The notes under the pieces: model-generated | The model's database searches: none | What the model saw: the letters and a program-made list of their open reading frames with translations, nothing else | What the model was told of the DNA's origin: nothing | Position numbers and translations under genes: made by a program | Part shown: piece after piece, positions 10,071-19,536 of the stretch | How the letters are laid out: every line of letters starts with the position of its first letter | Numbering within the stretch: position 1 is the stretch's first letter | NCBI GenBank assembly: GCA_964525675.1 | Contig: CAZGJW010000001.1 | Location: forward strand, 40,467 to 104,466 | Direction: 5' to 3' | Origin: an uncultured Spirochaetota bacterium | Lineage (GTDB): Bacteria; Spirochaetota; B62-G9; DRHN01 | DNA: 64,000 nt

Positions 10071-11828
10071 TTATCCTATGGCTATATGTTCCGTGGGATG
10101 GATCACCGGATATTTCTTTGTTCGCTGTGAAAGCGCAATAAAAACCGTTAAAGGTCCTACCCTCCCGATAAACATGAGCAAAATAATGACGAGCTTTCCC
10201 GTATTCGTAAGACTCGAAGTGATACCGGCAGACAGCCCGACCGTGCCGATTGCCGACACCACCTCAAACAGGATATGAACGCTCTCGAACTGCTCAGTCA
10301 TGGTAAGAATGAGGGTGCCTGTAAATATAAGTATCGCATAGAGAAAAAGTATAAAAAAGGCACGGTTAATCAGATCACCCGTAATAGAGTGATTAAAGAT
10401 GGTGATCTCATCGCGATTTTTTATAATCCCGTTTATGTATCCCCCGATTACGGCAATGGTATTGACCTTGACACCACCGGCGGTAGAGCCCGAAGCCCCT
10501 CCGATAAACATAAAAAGTACCATGATGAGATAGGTGAAACGGTTCAGCGATGTGATGTCGATGGTGTTGAAACCGGCAGTTCGCAGTGTAACAGACTGGA
10601 AAAAAGCGGCCAGGTACTGGGTTTTCATGTTCAGGGGGAGTATGCTATTACCATGCTCAAAGGCGTAGATTATGAGCATGCCGGATACAATGAGTATACA
10701 ACTTACGGTGAGTACGGCCTTTGAGTTGAGCGTGAGACTGGCTCGTCTCTTCTCCCTGTAGCCGAAGAGAAGGTGAAGCCGGTCTCCGAACAGCCTATAT
10801 ACGTTCTGCAGAACGCTGAAACTAAACCCACCCAGAATAATGAGTGCAGCAATGGTGCCGTTGACGAGATAATTGTTCTTGAAGGAAACCAGATTATCAG
10901 AAAAGAGAGCAAAACCGGCATTACAGAAAGCCGATACCGAATGAAAGAGCGAAACGAATAACGATTCCCTGTTGAATCCGAAAATCCACGAGAAGGCAAT
11001 TATGAGCAGCAGGAATCCGATAAACTCGATGATCAGGGTGGAGCTTATAATGCTGCGCAGGGAGCCATGCAGGGATGTTGCGTCCTTCTCATCCAGAACG
11101 TACGATGCGATGAGCGTACTCTCGAGCGAAAGCTTTCTCCTGAACAGGAACATCATAAAGTATGAAAGAACCATGATGCCGAGCCCGCCGATCTGTATGA
11201 GCAGAAGAATCACCGTCTTTCCGGTAATGGAAAATCTGGTAGCCGTATCAACGACAATCAATCCCGTTACGCATACTGCCGATGTGGCGGTGAAAAAAGA
11301 ATCGATGAAGCCGAGCCTTGTTCTGTCGGCTGTCGCGTATGGCAACATGAGCAATAGCGTGCCCACGATAATGACCGACATGAAACTGAACAGCACTGCC
11401 TGTGCCGGATGTGTAGCTACTCGCCTGAGCAGGGTATTGATGCTGCGAATTCTCCCCCCGATTTTCACCATGATAAAAATATTACGAAGGATGATCACAT
11501 ATTTTCCCATTGAGGCGAGATCACGTGCCTTCATTATATAACCAGTATATTTGCTGAACAGGAAGAGAAGTAGAAATACACCGAGAAAGACTACTTCCGG
11601 GATATGCTGCTGAAAATAATCGATTTTTTGTTGGGCGCGCACGATCCCGCTTACAATTTCAAATATGAACAGGAGCAGTATGACATAATCGATCGCGTTT
11701 GTGAGGTATCCAGCCATGGTTGATTTGAGCCGACTGAACTCGATGAACAGTGAGATGACTCCCAGCAGGAGCACCACGGCAACGATCACGTTTGATTTTT
11801 CACGTTTTTTCATCCATGCACTATCCAC
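10071..11828 (-). CDS. trkH: TrkH/KtrB family potassium transporter; the start is uncertain and an N-terminal extension of about 130 aa is possible
   Basis: Repeated M1PM2 units carrying the GLGIM selectivity-filter-like motif, and SAVCVTGL near the TrkH core start. The ORF is about 100 aa longer than typical TrkH proteins. Confidence 0.8.
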   Translation of the reverse strand: MDSAWMKKREKSNVIVAVVLLLGVISLFIEFSRLKSTMAGYLTNAIDYVILLLFIFEIVSGIVRAQQKIDYFQQHIPEVVFLGVFLLLFLFSKYTGYIMKARDLASMGKYVIILRNIFIMVKIGGRIRSINTLLRRVATHPAQAVLFSFMSVIIVGTLLLMLPYATADRTRLGFIDSFFTATSAVCVTGLIVVDTATRFSITGKTVILLLIQIGGLGIMVLSYFMMFLFRRKLSLESTLIASYVLDEKDATSLHGSLRSIISSTLIIEFIGFLLLIIAFSWIFGFNRESLFVSLFHSVSAFCNAGFALFSDNLVSFKNNYLVNGTIAALIILGGFSFSVLQNVYRLFGDRLHLLFGYREKRRASLTLNSKAVLTVSCILIVSGMLIIYAFEHGNSILPLNMKTQYLAAFFQSVTLRTAGFNTIDITSLNRFTYLIMVLFMFIGGASGSTAGGVKVNTIAVIGGYINGIIKNRDEITIFNHSITGDLINRAFFILFLYAILIFTGTLILTMTEQFESVHILFEVVSAIGTVGLSAGITSSLTNTGKLVIILLMFIGRVGPLTVFIALSQRTKKYPVIHPTEHIAIG

Positions 11829-12308
11829 ATCGGACAGAAATTTTCAATCCTTGTTCGATTTATTGAATATATATGTTCTTTTCAGTGCTTCAATATAATA
11901 TATTGTGCCCGCATAGAAAAATTCAAAAAAGAACGGTATCGGGCTATCAGTCTGTTGCATCGTCTGCAAAGATCAACAAGTGTGGCAGAACAGAAAGGTA
12001 TTTCACTGCTGGAAGAATATGCTCTAAAATCAGATGCTTCAGAGCACATGATTGATGAGGTTCAAAATATACTCGAACTCATGACCCACAGAGACCGGAC
12101 TGCTTTTGCCAGGCGAGCACGTATCCTCCTGGGAAACCTCAACAGATACGCACATGGGTTCGATGTCTCTGATTGCTTCAGTACTGCTCTTAATGATGAC
12201 AGGCTGCTCCGACTCGACAGGTTCTGCTTCCTCTCCGTTTCCTGCATCGTATGGAACGTGACCGGAACGCCATGAGCAAAAAAGATGATAGATTGAATCC
12301 CCGGGATT

Positions 12309-13805
12309 TTATCTGCGATGTATCACTCGATAGAGCTGTTTGCCGATACGTTCCTGCGAGTACACCCGCTCTACCACCTCCTTGTTTACCCGTACCAGCG
12401 CTTCCCGGCGCTCCTGGTCGAAGAGCCGCAGGGTTGCGAGCACACTCGTTTCATTGCGGTCGATGAAACCCTTGACGTATCCAGGATCTTTGAGCTTGAG
12501 CACCTTCTTCAGTCGTTCCTGCAGGCCCAAATCCGGATCTTTTTCGCCGTTTCCAATATCCTTGTAATCCTTACCGTCTACAATCAATGCATTATAGAGA
12601 TGACCAAGCTTCATACCAGAAGCCTGAAAATCAGGTGTTATGTAGGGTATGCTTCTGCCGATGACGGCCCTGTCCAGCAGCCAGGGTTCTATATAGGAGA
12701 ATCCAAATCCCTCCAGAATACTCGTTGTAATGACAAGGTCTGAAGCGCTGTAGAGATCGCCGATACTGTAACTCACTATTTTCGAGCTATCCATCGGATC
12801 ATACTCGCGTTCCAGTGAGATGAGGTCTCCCAGGCCGATCGTTACTGGCAACCCATGTTTCTGTACAAATTCGACGAGCCGGTTTGCATACATGGCGTCG
12901 TCACCCGATTCCGGTTTGATGCTCACGAGCAGGTGGTAGGGATCCTTCAACCTGCAGTTGTCCCGCACCCTAGTATTATCAACGAGAAGGTTGAAAAAAT
13001 TGATGAGAAATATCGCCTCTTCCACATTCTTGCGGCGCACACAGCGTACAGGATAAAGGAGAAATCGAATGTCGGGGGAGAGGCCTTCCCTGGTGATTAT
13101 TTTCTCTCGAAGCTCTTTTCTGCGGTCATCGGGAGGCACGATTGTCCTGTCAACCGGATTGGGGATATAGTGTATGTTTACCTCTTCGATGCCGTGCTCA
13201 AGAAGCCGCATTCGATCATAGCGGTTTATTGCGATGTACGTAATACTTGGGTATGCAGGATAGAGAATGCTGTGCCAGTCAGGCACCACCCCGAACCTGG
13301 GGTGATGAAACTTCTTTACATTCCTGAAGAATGCAGGGCGCTGCTGTACAAAGTCATGACATCGGTAGATAAACCTCTTGCCCATCCCCCTGGTATATGC
13401 ATACTGCGTATACAGGTAGAATGCATAGGTTACATAAGGCTGTATACCGATCCCCAGGTTTTCAATCATGATGAGATCCATATCGGCAAGTTTGTCCACC
13501 AGCACCTCAGCCAGATTGGTGCCCATCCATACGTAGTCGTGCACCTGCTGATCGAAAACCGTTTTACCACTAAGCCTGCCGGCAGCCTCCTCAGCGTTGA
13601 ACTCATCAATGTTTCGAAAATCCACGTTTCGCGGCAGGGGCTTGATGAACTCCTCGTAATCAGGGGCCAGCTTGCCAAAGAGCGTAATTCTCATGTCGGG
13701 ATCGATTGCACTCAGGGCGCGTACATTCCGTGCAATCACCGTGTTCACGCCATCTCTAAACCCGATGCCGTAGTGGCCGATTCCAAGGTGCAACTTTTTT
13801 TTCAT
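12309..13805 (-). CDS. GT-B fold glycosyltransferase (GT4-like C-terminal domain), specificity unknown
   Basis: 498 aa. The C-terminal SILEGFGFSYIEPWLLDRAVIG resembles the GT4 E-x7-E region. It is paired with a canonical GT4 gene upstream. Confidence 0.55.
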   Translation of the reverse strand: MKKKLHLGIGHYGIGFRDGVNTVIARNVRALSAIDPDMRITLFGKLAPDYEEFIKPLPRNVDFRNIDEFNAEEAAGRLSGKTVFDQQVHDYVWMGTNLAEVLVDKLADMDLIMIENLGIGIQPYVTYAFYLYTQYAYTRGMGKRFIYRCHDFVQQRPAFFRNVKKFHHPRFGVVPDWHSILYPAYPSITYIAINRYDRMRLLEHGIEEVNIHYIPNPVDRTIVPPDDRRKELREKIITREGLSPDIRFLLYPVRCVRRKNVEEAIFLINFFNLLVDNTRVRDNCRLKDPYHLLVSIKPESGDDAMYANRLVEFVQKHGLPVTIGLGDLISLEREYDPMDSSKIVSYSIGDLYSASDLVITTSILEGFGFSYIEPWLLDRAVIGRSIPYITPDFQASGMKLGHLYNALIVDGKDYKDIGNGEKDPDLGLQERLKKVLKLKDPGYVKGFIDRNETSVLATLRLFDQERREALVRVNKEVVERVYSQERIGKQLYRVIHRR

Positions 13806-13834
13806 TCTCTCACTCCCTCGCTTACTCCCTAATG

Positions 13835-15031
13835 TCAGGTTTGTTGTGTTTTCAGGAGGGCCCGATCCCTGAGACTAATAGGAACGGTTTTTTTATCGAC
13901 CATCACCTTCCTGTACAGTTTTACATGTTTCTTTGCCGTAATGTTCCATCCGATAGATTCACGGACATAATTGAGCGCCCGTTTACTGTACTCAGCCTGA
14001 AGATCGTCGTCTTCCATGATGTTGATAATTGCTCGCTTTAATTCTGTGTCGTTACCAGGCGGCACCGCTATACCTGCACCGCTCGCCTCGATTTCAGCTT
14101 TGAGTCCCTCGATTCCGGAGGCTACAACAGGAACGCCGAGAGAAAAGGAGTGGGCAAGATTTCCACTCTGTGAGGCAAAGGTATACGGCATGACCATTGC
14201 GTCAAAGGAGGCGAGAATCCGCTCGTACTCTCCAGGAGAAAAACTTCCCAGAAGCACCTTGATACTGTTCCTTGAAGCACTCTTTTCGACAATACCAAGA
14301 AGTTTTTTCTTGTACTCGATCTGTTGGGGATCTCCAAGCCTCGCATCACCCGCAAGTACCAGTGTCGTATCAGGGCCCAGATGTCTCGACAGATCGTCCC
14401 ACATAGACAACACCCGGTGAAATCCCTTTGTGGGAGTGAACCAGCCGAGCATACCGAGCACCTTCTTGCCCCTCAGACCAAGCGCATCCTTCGCGCTATC
14501 CCTGGAGATGGATTTTCGTACTGATGCACCGTGCGGTATGACATATACGTTTTCCACAATACGGCCCAGGTTTGTGTGGAGATAGGCCCACTGGTAAAGT
14601 GCATGCACGATCCCGGCATCTACAAGCATTTGCATTGTATCCAGGTAGGAGCAGATCATGAAGCTCAGCTCGGTGTACACGGAATGGTAGGTTACAACCA
14701 CCGGCGGCTTACCCTCGACTTTCCACCGAAACAGGGGTCTGAAGAGGCCGCTTGCATTATCGCCCCCGGTGCGGTAGAGCCCGAACTCATGCTGAATATG
14801 TACGACGTCAGGCCGTATGCTCTTAACTACCTCGTACACGGCCTCATCCCAGCCGTGATGATCGGTATCGATTACCGGGTAAACATTTTTTTCTCCCGGA
14901 GCTCCGCCATCCGGATGACAGATAATGTGGATATCATTACCCTCATGCTGCAATGCTTCGACCAGCTCTTTAGAGTAGGTTGCAATGCCGCAGTGCCGCG
15001 GAAGCCAGCTCGACAACCATGCAATCTTCAT
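13835..15031 (-). CDS. glycosyltransferase family 4 (retaining GT-B)
   Basis: N-terminal Glyco_transf_4-like segment (KIAWLSSWLPRHCGIATYSKEL) and a C-terminal Glycos_transf_1 region. Confidence 0.75.
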   Translation of the reverse strand: MKIAWLSSWLPRHCGIATYSKELVEALQHEGNDIHIICHPDGGAPGEKNVYPVIDTDHHGWDEAVYEVVKSIRPDVVHIQHEFGLYRTGGDNASGLFRPLFRWKVEGKPPVVVTYHSVYTELSFMICSYLDTMQMLVDAGIVHALYQWAYLHTNLGRIVENVYVIPHGASVRKSISRDSAKDALGLRGKKVLGMLGWFTPTKGFHRVLSMWDDLSRHLGPDTTLVLAGDARLGDPQQIEYKKKLLGIVEKSASRNSIKVLLGSFSPGEYERILASFDAMVMPYTFASQSGNLAHSFSLGVPVVASGIEGLKAEIEASGAGIAVPPGNDTELKRAIINIMEDDDLQAEYSKRALNYVRESIGWNITAKKHVKLYRKVMVDKKTVPISLRDRALLKTQQT

Positions 15032-15080
15032 AATAATCTCTCCTCAGTTATTGACAAACTCATTGTTATTACAAAAATTC

Positions 15081-16142
15081 TTACGGTTCGTATCCCAGAC
15101 CTGGCCGATCTCCCGCGTAAAGCACTCCGTCTCTCAGAATGAGAGATCCTTTCGTTGGGTCTCCCTGGAGTCCCATGAATCCATCCAGATCTGCATAGAG
15201 CACATTTGACCGCGCAAGGGCAAAGTGGAGGCCGGCGGCTATTGCGAGCTCACACTCATCCATACAGCCAACCATCACCTCGAGGCCGGCCGATCGAGCC
15301 ACGGCGTTTATCATAAGTGCTTCATAGATTCCACCGGCTTTCATGATCTTGATGTTCACCATATCAACGAGCTCTCCGCGAGCGAGGCGGAATGCATCCC
15401 TGAGCGACATGATGCTCTCGTCCGCCATAATGGGAATAGCCGCCTCATGCGTCACAGCCCCAAGCAGGGGAAGCTCATCCCTGGGTGTCGGCTGCTCTAA
15501 AAGTTCGATGCGGGCGCATTCTGTTTTGTGTATGAACTGCATTGCCTGTTCCTTTGAATAACCCTGGTTGGCATCAAACCTGAGCTCCAGTTCATCGCCT
15601 GCCTTTTTCCGCACCCGCAGGACACGCTCGATATCCTCTTCCACGTTCAGGCCGCCCTTTAGCTTGACCGCTGTAAACCCACTTCTCATGTATGAGAGTA
15701 CCCGCTCAATGGTTCTGTCAACCGGGAGTATACCCACGGTGATGCTGGTTTTTATGCACGGCCGGTATCCACCGAGCAGTTTCCAGAGCGGAAGGCCGCA
15801 TACTTTTCCCAGTATGTCGTGCAGGGCCATATCGACACACGCTTCTGATGAAGGATGTCCTTTGAGATTAGGCCTGAGCTCCTCAAGCAGCAGAGCTATG
15901 CGCAGCGGATCCCGTCCACGGAGCGCAGAATCAATCGTATCACACACATCCTGCAGAACCGTATCTGCCGTTTCTCCTGTAACTGCCCGGTCAGGAGCAG
16001 CGCAGCCGTAGCCAACGATACCCCCATCCGTTCCCACGCGCAGAAACACGTTCACCGCTGTTTCAACCCGTTCATACGCAATAGAGTAGGGTTCCCTGAG
16101 GGAGAAAGAAAGTGGATATGCCTCGATTGTTCGTATCTTCAT
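15081..16142 (-). CDS. enolase-superfamily dipeptide epimerase (L-Ala-D/L-Glu epimerase-like, MR/MLE subgroup)
   Basis: The capping domain plus the KxK / D / E / D metal-ligand arrangement expected for a muconate-lactonizing-enzyme-type barrel. 353 aa. Confidence 0.8.
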   Translation of the reverse strand: MKIRTIEAYPLSFSLREPYSIAYERVETAVNVFLRVGTDGGIVGYGCAAPDRAVTGETADTVLQDVCDTIDSALRGRDPLRIALLLEELRPNLKGHPSSEACVDMALHDILGKVCGLPLWKLLGGYRPCIKTSITVGILPVDRTIERVLSYMRSGFTAVKLKGGLNVEEDIERVLRVRKKAGDELELRFDANQGYSKEQAMQFIHKTECARIELLEQPTPRDELPLLGAVTHEAAIPIMADESIMSLRDAFRLARGELVDMVNIKIMKAGGIYEALMINAVARSAGLEVMVGCMDECELAIAAGLHFALARSNVLYADLDGFMGLQGDPTKGSLILRDGVLYAGDRPGLGYEP

Positions 16143-16144
16143 TT

Positions 16145-16966
16145 TCAGTACCGTTTCTCGTGTATCTCATCCATGTTGAGATGCCTTAAATCATCCACGA
16201 AACGAACAAGATGTTCAATCATGATATGCCACAGCCGTTCACCCTTTTCACGAGTTGCTTTCGTTGGGTCTCCCAGAATTCCACTCCGTGAAATCTTCTC
16301 GGTCTGCGTATACCACTCCACGCTCCTGCTCGTACTGAAGTTGAGATACCTGCTCGAAAATCTGGGTATTGATTTCTTTGCCTTTTTCATATCGACCAAT
16401 TCGGGTCTTACTGCCAGAGCAGTGCTCGTCTCCATTTCTCCGGCATGAGCGTCGTTTGGGGTTTCTATGATTTTCTGCACATCCACGTCACTTGTCTCAC
16501 CGGTATCGACACAGGCGAAGATGCGGGCTTCACGGTTTATCATCTGGGCTGCATTCTGCAACGCAGGACCATTACCTCCATGACCATTGATGATCACCAG
16601 CTTACGTATGCCGTGACGCGCTATACTTATACCTATCTCATAGACCAGCCTGGTGAGGGTCTCATTACTGAGGCTGATAGTACCGCTGAACCCCATGTGA
16701 TGGTAAGATACACCATAGGAGACCAACGGCAGTACGATGGGTTTCGGTTCGCTCATCGCCTCTGCCACGGATCTGGCAAGATACTCTGCATCGAATGCAT
16801 CGGTATCCAGGGGCAGATGTGGGCCGTGCTGCTCGGTGGAGCCTACGGGAAGAAGCGCAATATCGATATCGGAGAAGCGCTGTTTTGCCTCAACCCAGGT
16901 AAGTTCCCCAAGTAAGATACCAGATTTCCCTTTCTTCACATCCATCGACATTCTCCTTGTTATCAT
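16145..16966 (-). CDS. creatininase-family amidohydrolase
   Basis: GSTEQHGPHLPLDTD metal-binding signature of the creatinine amidohydrolase family. Confidence 0.8.
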   Translation of the reverse strand: MITRRMSMDVKKGKSGILLGELTWVEAKQRFSDIDIALLPVGSTEQHGPHLPLDTDAFDAEYLARSVAEAMSEPKPIVLPLVSYGVSYHHMGFSGTISLSNETLTRLVYEIGISIARHGIRKLVIINGHGGNGPALQNAAQMINREARIFACVDTGETSDVDVQKIIETPNDAHAGEMETSTALAVRPELVDMKKAKKSIPRFSSRYLNFSTSRSVEWYTQTEKISRSGILGDPTKATREKGERLWHIMIEHLVRFVDDLRHLNMDEIHEKRY

Positions 16967-19536
16967 ACCGAAAGTGGATCAAAACTCCGCCACTGACCAT
17001 CTACTATTTTAAGCGCTCCCCGGGCATGCTGGAGATAGATGCGAAACAGCGGTCCTCGTATTTTGGGAGGTATGGTTTCAAAAGGTGAGTGCTCAGCATC
17101 GAAACGAAGGCTCTCCACCTCAGGATGAGGCGTTGCCCCTTCCCCTCCAGAAAGCATCCCCTTCTCACTGAGTAGATAGAGAACATGATCCATAACAGAA
17201 GACTCCTGATGCAGGCGCATGCGGGGCAATTCTCCAATACACACTGCCACCTGTTCTTCCGTATAACCGCAGAAGGACGGATCGGCGTCCAATGCTTTTA
17301 ACATCCCTACAGTGCGGTGACACTTTTCGCACTTCCCGCATGGTCGAGTCCGGTCCTTTTCTATCGATGCAGCATGACAGGATATTTGATTGCGCTGCAG
17401 TTGAGGGTACCGCTCCACAAGTATCTTTTGTACCAGCAGTTCCGAAAGTGACCGAAGGATGGAAAACTGCTCGATACCATATCCCTTGGCGTTGAAGTAG
17501 CCGCTCAGAGCAAGGTCGAAGTATCGACTCTGGTCGTAAAGTCCGTCGAAATACGGTATTCCTTGCAAGAAGCAGCGTCGCGTGGTATCGTATTCGTTAC
17601 CAATAAGCAGTAGTCCGATGCCGCGTTTCCTGAGCACGGGAAGGGCACCGAACAGAAACACGGCCACAGTCCAGAGCCGTATCGGGTAGTCATCAGCCCG
17701 TATATCAAGAAAATTCTGTCTGATAAAGGGAAAATGCTCGAGCATCCAGGAAAAAACGCGATCGGAGTTGGTCCATACCCTGGCGGTTCGCGGAATCCCG
17801 GACCTGAATGCACGGTAGCTGTTCAGTGCCGTGTACCAGTGTCTTCCTGATTCGTTGATAAACACCGGATGAGCCTCTATACAGGTCTCATCCATCAGCC
17901 CGAAGCTCAGGAGGCTCTCCTTTCCCCCGCTGGTCAGTACGGCACAGCGGTTTCGATCGGTCTCCCAGCACTGTAACGATTCGGGCTGTAGATCGGGAAA
18001 TAAAAGCTCAGCCTGCACATAGGATGGCCTTTTCTCGATCTTCATGGGATGAAATCCGGCTATAAGAAACGGATTGTGCTCGAGAAACTTCTTCACATAT
18101 ATTTCCCGCGCCGTATTCCGGAGCATGTATCTGAGAAATCGTCGATCGAACTCATCGTATACACCATGCAGAACAATGCTCCGGCAGAAAAGACCGTAGT
18201 TGAGCGCAATCTGCACAGCTATCATAGACGCCAGGTTTGTTGATGCCATGTCTTCAGGCTGAAACATCTCCTCTTCAAAGCGGTATATTAGATTGATGCT
18301 GTCGACCGCACCTCCCCTGTGAATCGAATACGGTGCTATAACGCGGTCCCGCTCTACACGAATTGGCCCCACCTCAAGCGAGTCGATGATAAGCAGGCTA
18401 CTGGTTTCTTCGCCCCAGGATTTTCGTTCCTTCTGCTTCTTACGGTACTTCCTGTTCACCTCGGGTTTGTATCGAACGAGATACGCTGTAATTTCATCCG
18501 CTCCCGAGATGAGCACGTCAGCAACAGGAAGGCTCGTCTCTTTTGAAATACGACTGCAAACGCGCCCTATTTCTTCCGGTTTTAGACCTTCATGGTTCAG
18601 GGTGACAGCACCGACAGGTCTTCCCGAAACGATTTCCAGTGCCTTTATCTGCAGGCCGAGCGGATGTAGCGTATATCCGGGAAACCCGTCGTACTCCTTC
18701 CGCGAAGGCGCATGCTGAAGCACGATAACATCGGGGCGTCCTGCTGTAAGTATCTCCATTCCGCCCGGGTAGGCCGGATTCAGGAAGCTTCCCTGCCCTT
18801 CAATCAAAATCACATCTGGGTGGTTGTCGTGCCAGGCCTGCCAGACCGCATTCTCGATCTCGCCAGTCACGAAATCAACGATAAGGGAATCGATGATAAT
18901 GCTGTAGTGCGCCCCCTGCATCCATGCCGTCTGACCCGTACCGATAAGCTCGACGCTGAGCCCCGCCTCCCGGAATGCATCGTACAGAATCCAGGCTGTG
19001 GTTCTCTTACCGAGCGCAGAATCCGTACCGAGTACCGCAATCTTCAGTGATTTGACCTCCTTGATTTTCCCGCTGAAGAAGTGCATTTCATCCCTGGGAG
19101 GAAGCTTCCGTATATCGCGTAATTTGACGTTGTGCCGAGCAGCCAGTTCTGCAAAATCCGGATCTTCGGAGAGTATATCGTGCAGGCCGCTATCCACATG
19201 GAGCCCGAGCCTGATTGCCTCTTTCACATCCTTCCGTGCCTTTTCACTCAGCCTCCCTCCGTCCGGTGCAAGGCCCACAACGAAATGAGTGGCCTGCGTA
19301 CCAGCTTCCTCAGCAGCCTGTACAGCCGCAGTCAGGTCTTCATACACTGGGATACCCGTAGCCCTGCCGTCGAGCACCTCTCCCGCATCCATTCCCGCAT
19401 AACGGCTGTCGATTACGGAAAGTGCACGGTAGCGTTCCGTTCGGCGTACGAGGCCATGGGCTGTCTTGCCGTTTGTTGTCGCAAATGCTCCCTCGCAGTA
19501 CACGATTGCGTTGCCATCGGGCCAGTGATTCATCAT
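16963..19536 (-). CDS. fusion protein: DUF1611-like N-terminal half + PP-loop ATP-pyrophosphatase domain (SGGKES) with a QueC-like C-terminal Cys cluster
   Basis: 857 aa with no internal stop. Residues ~1-360 resemble DUF1611 proteins (Rossmann-like N-terminal domain and P-loop-like C-terminal domain). Further downstream are CAVLTSGGKESLLSFGL (a PP-loop) and CHAASIEKDRTRPCGKCEKCH. It overlaps both flanking genes by 4 nt. Confidence 0.6.
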   Translation of the reverse strand: MMNHWPDGNAIVYCEGAFATTNGKTAHGLVRRTERYRALSVIDSRYAGMDAGEVLDGRATGIPVYEDLTAAVQAAEEAGTQATHFVVGLAPDGGRLSEKARKDVKEAIRLGLHVDSGLHDILSEDPDFAELAARHNVKLRDIRKLPPRDEMHFFSGKIKEVKSLKIAVLGTDSALGKRTTAWILYDAFREAGLSVELIGTGQTAWMQGAHYSIIIDSLIVDFVTGEIENAVWQAWHDNHPDVILIEGQGSFLNPAYPGGMEILTAGRPDVIVLQHAPSRKEYDGFPGYTLHPLGLQIKALEIVSGRPVGAVTLNHEGLKPEEIGRVCSRISKETSLPVADVLISGADEITAYLVRYKPEVNRKYRKKQKERKSWGEETSSLLIIDSLEVGPIRVERDRVIAPYSIHRGGAVDSINLIYRFEEEMFQPEDMASTNLASMIAVQIALNYGLFCRSIVLHGVYDEFDRRFLRYMLRNTAREIYVKKFLEHNPFLIAGFHPMKIEKRPSYVQAELLFPDLQPESLQCWETDRNRCAVLTSGGKESLLSFGLMDETCIEAHPVFINESGRHWYTALNSYRAFRSGIPRTARVWTNSDRVFSWMLEHFPFIRQNFLDIRADDYPIRLWTVAVFLFGALPVLRKRGIGLLLIGNEYDTTRRCFLQGIPYFDGLYDQSRYFDLALSGYFNAKGYGIEQFSILRSLSELLVQKILVERYPQLQRNQISCHAASIEKDRTRPCGKCEKCHRTVGMLKALDADPSFCGYTEEQVAVCIGELPRMRLHQESSVMDHVLYLLSEKGMLSGGEGATPHPEVESLRFDAEHSPFETIPPKIRGPLFRIYLQHARGALKIVDGQWRSFDPLSV

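Noticed and set aside
11955-12275. 106-aa plus-strand ORF in the trkH-to-glycosyltransferase intergenic region
   Set aside because: It is opposite in strand to all neighbouring genes, has no RBS and no recognisable motif. The region more likely holds promoter or terminator sequence for the minus-strand operons.
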